In this document: one piece after another, positions 57,473-64,000 of the stretch | How positions within the stretch are numbered: position 1 is the stretch's first letter | Layout: each line of letters starts with the position of its first letter | From: Methanobacteriota archaeon | GTDB lineage: Archaea; Thermoplasmatota; Thermoplasmata; SG8-5; JAGLSY01 | Direction of reading: 5' to 3' | NCBI GenBank assembly: GCA_020697715.1 | Contig: JAEHCO010000001.1 | Location: 384,001 to 448,000, forward strand | Length of the DNA stretch: 64,000 bases | Notes under the pieces: generated by a model | Database searches by the model: none | Seen by the model: only the letters and a program-made list of their open reading frames with translations | What the model was told of the DNA's origin: nothing | Position numbers and translations under genes: made by a program

Positions 57473-58198
57473 ATGAAGATCATTCCGGCAGTAACTATAT
57501 TGGAAGGAAAATTGGTCGAGGTCAGAGATGGCTCATATCACGCACTCAGAGGTAAAAATAATGAGATCATCGAGTTGCAGGACCTGATACTGGATCTGAA
57601 AAAGGAATATGAGGCTGTTTATATCATGGATATAGATGGCATGGAGAAGAACGAACCCAATCTGAAGGTGATACAGAACAATTCTCCATTAGCGCCCATG
57701 TGGGTGGATGCTGGCCCAGGAGACGGAATGGTAATAATGGACATCATGGTGGCAGGCGTCAGTAAGACGATAATAGGAACGAGGAACATGCAGGATCTGG
57801 ATCTGATCAAAGAGGCTCTGGACATGTCCGATAATGTCGTCCTTTCAATTGATTATGATGAAAAATTACTGTCACCAAGTCAGGACATCTCCGATATGGG
57901 CATGGAACATCTCTGTCAGAAAACAACAGAAATGGGTATAAAACAGAGCATATTCTTTGATTTTGGAAGATTGAATTCTCTTTCATCTCTCGCTCTGGAC
58001 AAGATAAAGTCAATGATATTGAAATTCGACGAGGTCTATGTCGCGGGGATCGTCTCCCCTTCGGATATAGAGAGCCTTGAAGATCTGGGTGTTTCTGGAA
58101 TAATCGCGGATCATAAATATCTCAAAGAATGGGGAATAGTGGGAGAGCCCGCTGAAGACCCAGAAGATCTGGATGATGATGAAGAATGGGATGACTGA
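57473..58198 (+). CDS. HisA/HisF-related TIM-barrel protein
   Basis: MKIIPAV, YIMDIDG, WVDAG, IIGT, VLSID, VAG. Confidence 0.85.
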   Translation: MKIIPAVTILEGKLVEVRDGSYHALRGKNNEIIELQDLILDLKKEYEAVYIMDIDGMEKNEPNLKVIQNNSPLAPMWVDAGPGDGMVIMDIMVAGVSKTIIGTRNMQDLDLIKEALDMSDNVVLSIDYDEKLLSPSQDISDMGMEHLCQKTTEMGIKQSIFFDFGRLNSLSSLALDKIKSMILKFDEVYVAGIVSPSDIESLEDLGVSGIIADHKYLKEWGIVGEPAEDPEDLDDDEEWDD

Positions 58199-58199
58199 A

Positions 58200-58673
58200 A
58201 TGAATGATATCGAGCTTTCCATCGCTCTTCTTTACAAGAAAAAGGGCACATCGTCATTGAGTGAGAAGGACTTCGTGTTTGCGGCATCCATAGACTATCG
58301 CTGGCTCACTCCAAAAGGCGCCCAAAAACTTTTGGATGTCGGTCTGGAATCCAATCTCCTGAAGTCTGATGATGGAATGATATCACCCACCTTCGATTAT
58401 AAATCCTCGGACATACCAGCAGAATTCAAACCCACTTTGGACATGATCAGGGCCAAAGCCATACCAAAGGGAATTCTTTTCCAGATAGCGGACAAGATAT
58501 CAAAGGGAAGTGATAGGTCCACGCAGGATGTTATCGCGATCATCAACAAAAAACAAGAGGCTCTGGACATCGATATAGAGGTCGCGGCCCTTATTGTGGC
58601 AAATAGCATGAACATTGACATATCGGATATTTTGCCCGATGTGGACAAGGAGATCAAAGCCAGATACTCATGA
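58200..58673 (+). CDS. DUF2240 family protein
   Basis: FVFAASIDYRWLTP, PTFD, EVAALIVA..MNIDI. Confidence 0.85.
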   Translation: MNDIELSIALLYKKKGTSSLSEKDFVFAASIDYRWLTPKGAQKLLDVGLESNLLKSDDGMISPTFDYKSSDIPAEFKPTLDMIRAKAIPKGILFQIADKISKGSDRSTQDVIAIINKKQEALDIDIEVAALIVANSMNIDISDILPDVDKEIKARYS

Positions 58674-58714
58674 AGCTCATATTTATTTGATCATATGAGT
58701 GAGAATATCAGCAT

Positions 58715-59476
58715 TTATCCAATGTATCTGAGATCTTCTTTATTTGGCTCCGGCATCTCATCCATCTCTTTCAATTTGGCTGTTACCGCGTCCATCTCTT
58801 CGGATTTTTTAGCAAGTCCATCCACATTGATATCGCGACCCAGTATCTTGGCCAGTATCTTGACTATGAACATCGCGCTGTTTGGATCAATAAAGAATCC
58901 CGATGTCTCTCCCATCAGGCAGACACCTTCCATTCCTTTCAATTCTCCCAGCCCGAGTAAGAGTCCAGAGGCTCCGACGATACCATTTCCCGGCTCGTCC
59001 TTTGAGAATATGACACCATGCCCCTTCATTTCCTCCACCATTTTGGCATTGGTGGCAGCTCCGAGTATTCTGGGCTCCTTGACAACATTGCCAATACCCC
59101 ATCCACCCAGTGTGATCACCCTCTTACCACCAAATTCTTCAAGCATGTCCAGTATGACACTGGATAATTCATACTGCCCCTCTGGTGTGAGGCCTTGATA
59201 ATCCCCAACAAGGAATATCATATCATTTTTCTCATTCTCTTTAGCTATTGAATAATAAAGCTTATTAGATACCAATCTTGCAACGCCCTCGTCATCGATG
59301 AGGACCTGTGGTGGGAAAAATTTGGAATAAATTGAGGCAAACTCAACTGCCTCAAGGGTTTCGATGATATGCTCGGCTGCTAATTTACCAACATTACCAA
59401 CGCCTGGCAACCCTTCTATCAATATTGGATCTTTTAGATCTGGCTTTTCCTTATAATCTATTATTATATTTTCCAT
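58715..59476 (-). CDS. proteasome assembly chaperone (PAC2 family)
   Basis: EGLPGVGNVGK, GDYQ, TLGG, IVGASG, CLMGETSG, C-terminal YIG. Confidence 0.94.
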   Translation of the reverse strand: MENIIIDYKEKPDLKDPILIEGLPGVGNVGKLAAEHIIETLEAVEFASIYSKFFPPQVLIDDEGVARLVSNKLYYSIAKENEKNDMIFLVGDYQGLTPEGQYELSSVILDMLEEFGGKRVITLGGWGIGNVVKEPRILGAATNAKMVEEMKGHGVIFSKDEPGNGIVGASGLLLGLGELKGMEGVCLMGETSGFFIDPNSAMFIVKILAKILGRDINVDGLAKKSEEMDAVTAKLKEMDEMPEPNKEDLRYIG

Positions 59477-59510
59477 GCTCTTCTCCTCCTGGTCTTAAGT
59501 GTATGTGATA

Positions 59511-59696
59511 TCAAGATTTCTTTTCACCAGCAGCTGCCTGGTCCATGGCCTTCAACTGTCTTCGGTATTTTCCATACCTGTCCTCTGGTGAGAACCTTGG
59601 TGGGTGTGGTGTGGATGTTTTCTCATTGCATTTCCCACAAACATCCTTAAGGGAATATTCAAGGCACGTATTACATAAAAGGATATTGGCCTTCAT
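59511..59696 (-). CDS. nop10: H/ACA RNP protein Nop10
   Basis: CxxC..YSL..Cxx[17 protein letters not shown]. Confidence 0.96.
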   Translation of the reverse strand: MKANILLCNTCLEYSLKDVCGKCNEKTSTPHPPRFSPEDRYGKYRRQLKAMDQAAAGEKKS

Positions 59697-60472
59697 TATT
59701 TTTCCCTTCTATTGAATTTAGCAGTGCCGCCATTTTTTTCTATAGACTCGGAAGCCCTGTCAACAGCCAGCTTCATCTCGTCCTCTGCTGTTTTATAATC
59801 AATTCCCTTCACAACGATCCTGTATTTTGGAGCTCCAACGTACTGAACCTCTATCTTGACATCTTCCGAATCCTCTGCTTTGATCAATGCGGTTCTTATA
59901 TGTTCGATACCATCTGGAGCATTTGATGTCAATTCCAGAAATCCATCTATGGATATTGTCGCAGGAGTGACATTGTCTATGGCGATCTCTATGAAAGCAT
60001 CCACCCATTTTCCCTTGAACAATTTCTTGTCCAGCTTATCATTTGAGGCCGCTTCTTCAAAAGCAGTATACAAGGTTCCATAATATTCAATGAGGTCATT
60101 GGCAAATGTTTCGTGGCACCATTCCACATTCTCTCCCAGCTTTTCGCCCAGGATCTCAAGGAGCTTTTCCGCCCTTTGTTCATTCTTCCAATCCTGAATG
60201 GTCTCTCTTTTCTGGTGCTCGTTAACCTTCTTCAGTGAGATATCGATGTGACCCTTGGAGGGGTTCACCTCAAGAACTCGGCACACGACCCTCTGTCCTT
60301 CTCGGACAAAGTCGCTCATCCTTTTCACCCAGCCAGTTGCAATTTCCGTGATGTGTATGAATCCCTCTTTCTGATCATACTCTTCAAGACTGACGAATGC
60401 ACCAAAATTACGTACACTCTTGACTGTGCAAACTACTAGATCACCAGGTTCTGGATACTCACGGTTAGCCAT
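59696..60472 (-). CDS. eif2a: translation initiation factor 2 alpha
   Basis: YPEPGDLV S1 domain, [20 protein letters not shown]. Confidence 0.96.
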   Translation of the reverse strand: MANREYPEPGDLVVCTVKSVRNFGAFVSLEEYDQKEGFIHITEIATGWVKRMSDFVREGQRVVCRVLEVNPSKGHIDISLKKVNEHQKRETIQDWKNEQRAEKLLEILGEKLGENVEWCHETFANDLIEYYGTLYTAFEEAASNDKLDKKLFKGKWVDAFIEIAIDNVTPATISIDGFLELTSNAPDGIEHIRTALIKAEDSEDVKIEVQYVGAPKYRIVVKGIDYKTAEDEMKLAVDRASESIEKNGGTAKFNRREK

Positions 60473-60663
60473 TATTCTACAACTCCGACAACTTCCCCTT
60501 TGATATCTGCTTTTCCACCAGTGGGGGTTGCTAGGGTTGAGCCACATGCCAAACAATTGACCTTTGTGGCTGGTTTAAGAAAAATAATTTGCTTATTGCT
60601 GCAGTCTTTGCATTCTACTTCTATGAACCGCGCATCTTCTGGAATTTTTTCAGACAAGATCAT
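60472..60663 (-). CDS. rps27e: 30S ribosomal protein S27e
   Basis: FIEVECKDCSNKQIIF, CLACG..L..PTGGKA. Confidence 0.96.
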   Translation of the reverse strand: MILSEKIPEDARFIEVECKDCSNKQIIFLKPATKVNCLACGSTLATPTGGKADIKGEVVGVVE

Positions 60664-60947
60664 TCCTCCACGAACTCGAATTTCTTCGCCCTGATGGATG
60701 GTGGTTGCACATATTTCTTGCAGTCAACACACTTGTATCTGAGCCACACCCTTCTTGTTGGTTTCTCTCTACCATCTGGCTTAGGTCTTGGGAAACCACC
60801 GTAACCTGCAGTAACGCGTCTGAACTGTCTCTGACCGCGCTTCAGCTCTCCCGGTGGTCGCTTCTTCACTTTTTCCACATCGTGGACAGTGTGTTTCTTG
60901 CACTTGGGGCAATATGTGTTAATCTTTCTTGGTCTTTTCATAGCCAT
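60660..60947 (-). CDS. rpl44e: 50S ribosomal protein L44e
   Basis: TYCPKCKKHT, GQR, GYGGFPRP, KPT, C..C. Confidence 0.96.
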   Translation of the reverse strand: MAMKRPRKINTYCPKCKKHTVHDVEKVKKRPPGELKRGQRQFRRVTAGYGGFPRPKPDGREKPTRRVWLRYKCVDCKKYVQPPSIRAKKFEFVEE

Positions 60948-61127
60948 CAACTTGCTCTATATTTAAACAGGTGTTTATACAGGGTTGGAAGGGGGACTAA
61001 ATATGAACCTATATAATAGTGTTTCCTACAAATATGGTATAATAGGTGTATTAAAAAGGGTTTTATACAATATCATAATACCATAGGCTACTCGACCAGG
61101 CTTGCCTGGGTGAGATATCACATGCGC

Positions 61128-61223
61128 AATCTGGACTTAGCTTAGACTGGCTGAATGATTTTCCCCTTGCGGGGTAACTCATTCTCGCACAATTCCTGTG
61201 GGATCATGCGAGGAGCGGCTGAC
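61128..61223 (+). pseudogene. interrupted duplicate of the tRNA-Tyr 5' half
   Basis: CTGGACTTAGCTTAGACTGGCT (61131-61152) + ~60-bp double-hairpin insert + GAGCGGCTGAC (61213-61223). Confidence 0.7.
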
Positions 61224-61251
61224 CGAATAAAGGATTGCTCATTCGCCAAAT

Positions 61252-61371
61252 CCGGACTTAGCTTAGACTGGCTAGAGCGGCTGACTGTAGTTAAGTACCC
61301 CGGAAATGCTAAGCGCATTTCCGGTATCAGCCGATATCAGCAGATCCCCGGTTCAAATCCGGGAGTCCGGA
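61252..61371 (+). tRNA. tRNA-Tyr(GTA) with 45-nt canonical intron (61291-61335)
   Basis: CCGGACT/AGTCCGG-A (C1-G72, A73), GCTGA/TCAGC stem, CCCGG-TTCAAAT-CCGGG; imperfect BHB central helix. Confidence 0.93.
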
Positions 61372-61549
61372 CTCTCTTTATTTTCTTATTATACGGCCTC
61401 CCGGTGAGCAAGTCATCACGTCAGTGTTGACTTGGCTCCGGAGCCCGGACTCCATTAATTACAGTAATGTATCATCTGCTCATTCTTCGCTCCCGCCTTC
61501 CAGCCCCCCGCCCCCAATTATTTTATCCCGCCCTCTCATTCCACTTCCA

Positions 61550-62395
61550 ATGGCAGAATACCCCATACTTGACAATCACATGCATCTCCAGCAGGATGGA
61601 CTTTGTGAAAAGGCCGCTATGGATTTTGAAAATACTGGAGGAACTCACATCATACTTTCCCACATGCCTTATCACACGATCAATATTACCAAAGGCGATG
61701 ATTTCCAGAAGGAATATGACATCACCCTGAATACTGCCAACAGGGTGAGGGAGACGACCAATGTGAAGGTATTCACCACACTTGGCCCCTATCCCGTGCG
61801 ACTTATAAGATTGGAGGAAAAGCATGGTCTTGAAGCCGCGGTGGACATCATGAAGAAAGGTATGGAACTGGCTGCCAAGGCAGTTGAAGAAAAGCAAGCT
61901 GTCGCTATCGGGGAGGTCGGGCGTCCACATTTTCCAGTCTCTTCTGAAATATGGGAAGCGTCGAATGAGATAATGCTATATGGGATGGAACTGGCCAAGG
62001 ATGTCGATTGCCCCATCGTGCTGCATACGGAAAGTGCGGGTCCCGAGGTCTGGGAGGAGCTGGCCCTGATGGCGGATGAAGCAGGCCTTCGTCGTGAGAT
62101 GGTGATCAAACACTACTCACCACCCATTGTCAAGGAGGAGGAGAACCATGGCCTATTCCCGTCAGTACTGGCAAGTCGCAAATCTATCAAGGAAGCACTG
62201 TCACACAATACCAGGTTCATGATGGAGACCGATTATATCGATGATCTTCGAAGACCGGGAGCTGTGATGGCTCCCACGACAGTGCCAAAGAGAACGAAGG
62301 CGCTGATTTTGAATGGAGACATGGGTGTAGAAGCGGCCATCGCCATTCACCAATACTGGCCAGAGAAATTGTACGGTATTGAAATCGAATTTTAA
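61550..62395 (+). CDS. TatD-related amidohydrolase
   Basis: DNHMH, IGEVGRPH, LHTE, KHYS, METDYIDD. Confidence 0.92.
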   Translation: MAEYPILDNHMHLQQDGLCEKAAMDFENTGGTHIILSHMPYHTINITKGDDFQKEYDITLNTANRVRETTNVKVFTTLGPYPVRLIRLEEKHGLEAAVDIMKKGMELAAKAVEEKQAVAIGEVGRPHFPVSSEIWEASNEIMLYGMELAKDVDCPIVLHTESAGPEVWEELALMADEAGLRREMVIKHYSPPIVKEEENHGLFPSVLASRKSIKEALSHNTRFMMETDYIDDLRRPGAVMAPTTVPKRTKALILNGDMGVEAAIAIHQYWPEKLYGIEIEF

Positions 62396-62424
62396 TAATA
62401 ATAATAATTTTCAAAAGCTTCGCC

Positions 62425-62775
62425 ATCTCCCTCTTGAATAAGGGGTATCTGGACGGCGGCAAAACCGTCCAGATTGAGGAGAGGAGTAAATCCTTAATGA
62501 ACTCTCCAAAACAAAGGGTTTGGGGGCGGTTTGAAACCACCCCCAAGGTTGAGGAGAGGGCTGATAGTGATCCCCTTTGGGCAAAGGGGGTCTGGGCGGG
62601 GTCAAAGCCGCCCATATTGAGGAGAGGAGGTAATCCTTAATGAACTCTCCAAACAAAGGGGTCTGGACGGCGTTTAAACCGTCCAGATTTTGAGGAGAGG
62701 GCTGATATTTAACCCCTGGAAAGGGGTATGGGATGGTTTGAAACCGCCCCGATATGAGGAGAGGAGTAATCCTGA
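62425..62775. repeat. five-unit palindromic (REP-like) array, 64-75 bp period
   Basis: TGAGGAGAGG at 62475, 62550, 62618, 62691, 62755, each preceded by AGGG(G) and a GC hairpin. Confidence 0.9.
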
Positions 62776-62889
62776 TCTTTGTGATTTGAATAGTAAGGTC
62801 AAATGTGGGTGACCAGGCATCCCGGCCAGCCACCCACAATTGGACCAAAGTTTGACATACTGGATATCAAACTTTGGCTCGAAATAGAT

Positions 62890-63165
62890 CTAAGCGTATG
62901 AGTGCTCGACCTCTTCGACATACGTCAGTATGTCATATTCAGCAGTGAGGAAATTGTCCTCAACGCCCATGTGATTGCCAATCATGACATCATCGAAATA
63001 ATGGATCAAACCTACCATTTCAGATATGTTCTCACCGCGATTGTAGAACTCGAATACAATGTCTCTCATGTCCTGGACATTGTGTGTCCTTAACCAGTTC
63101 TCTGTTCCTTCGTCTATGTTCCTTAAGGCGCGTGCCTTGCCTTTTGTTGCGTTTTGTGTATTCAT
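62890..63165 (-). CDS. hypothetical protein
   Basis: Open frame with GAAGGGA RBS-like motif and TTTATATA promoter at ~63240; no recognisable motif. Confidence 0.6.
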   Translation of the reverse strand: MNTQNATKGKARALRNIDEGTENWLRTHNVQDMRDIVFEFYNRGENISEMVGLIHYFDDVMIGNHMGVEDNFLTAEYDILTYVEEVEHSYA

Positions 63166-63190
63166 ATGCATCCCTTCTGACGTTTTCCGT

Positions 63191-63355
63191 CTTATTGTCT
63201 GACATTTGTCAGATCCATACCTTAATTGACACAGGGGTATATAAACCTTTTCATTCAGCAATATTTTGATAGCCAGTATCTTATTTCTGCCTATTTTTCA
63301 AGTGTTATTATGATGAAAAGTACTGTCTGACAAGAGCGCGACTTATTGTCTGACA
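63191..63355. promoter_or_regulatory. repeated TGTC-T-GACA palindromic sites in divergent promoter region
   Basis: CTTATTGTCTGACA at 63191 and 63342, TGTCTGACA at 63324, TGTCAGA at 63207. Confidence 0.55.
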
Positions 63356-63574
63356 CTATGCACAATACGTAGCACCGAAGGATATAAATTCAATTTTCTA
63401 TTACCTAATTGTATAGGGATGCACTTGTGCGATCTCTATTGAAATTTGAATGCGAGAATGAAATGATTGCATTCAGAACTTCAAAAGATTTGAAGCAAAA
63501 TAATGTGCAAAGCAAGTCCACACATTAAAAAAAATCTCGAACAAAGTGAGAGATTCAGAATAGGAGGTTCCCAT

Positions 63575-64000
63575 ATGGGCATCCTGGATTCGATGAATAA
63601 GGAGAAGAGGATATATCGCAAGGCAGCCAAGCTTCTGGAACAGGGGAAAGGGTTTGACAAACAGCATCAGTCAGCCAAAGCACTGGAGCATTACCAGAAG
63701 GCGAAACAATTACTTGATGAGAACAAGGAAGCAATATCAGAATTGAGGAGAGAATACTCCAGCCTCTATGATAATATTGGATTCGCATTGGTAGAGAGCA
63801 ATAGGGTGGAGGACGGTATAAGGTGCATCGAACGCTCTCTGAAGCTCAATCCAGGAAATCTAAAAGCGATCGGGCACAAAGGTATAATATTGTTCCGAAA
63901 GGAGAGCTATGCCAAGGCTCTGGAGCAGTTCGACACGGTCCTGAACATGGACAAGGACAATAAGGCCATATGGAGTCATAGAGGCAATACCCTTGTCAAA
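63575..64000 (+). CDS. TPR-repeat protein, truncated by window end (missing from ORF track)
   Basis: AGGAGG RBS, ATG 63575, open to end: MGILDSMNKEK...ERSLKLNPGN..A..HKG..YAKALEQFDTVLNMD..N..IWSHRG. Confidence 0.88.
   Translation, partial: MGILDSMNKEKRIYRKAAKLLEQGKGFDKQHQSAKALEHYQKAKQLLDENKEAISELRREYSSLYDNIGFALVESNRVEDGIRCIERSLKLNPGNLKAIGHKGIILFRKESYAKALEQFDTVLNMDKDNKAIWSHRGNTLVK

Noticed and set aside
62411-62848. 145-aa and 132-aa ORFs with repeated peptides
   Set aside because: Translations of the DNA repeat array; Pro-rich, with unit lengths not all multiples of three

Overview
Chromosomal DNA from an archaeon. The gene set (eIF1A-RIO1-KH, rpl44e-rps27e-eIF2a-nop10-PAC2, pantoate kinase, cdc6, DUF2240/DUF357-like proteins) points to an anaerobic, peptide-fermenting Thermoplasmata; this is inferred from gene content only. 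The window is mostly housekeeping genes and includes a probable oriC next to cdc6. It has seven tRNA genes, five with introns, two of them in the D-loop. No integrase, transposase or CRISPR-Cas was seen. The main unexplained signals are: (1) most tRNA genes are flanked by partial copies of themselves, including a conserved, covarying structured element bounded by tRNA 3'-end duplications that all start at the same T-loop position; (2) a receiver-domain/PPDK ATP-grasp/phospho-His protein with no substrate domain, next to a bacterial-type gdhA; (3) a HypD-type glycyl radical enzyme; (4) a five-unit hairpin repeat array; (5) a nuclease gene followed by an HTH-STAND-TPR gene; (6) a VWA/pilin-like operon and a KaiC module. 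All calls come from reading motifs by eye; no searches were run.
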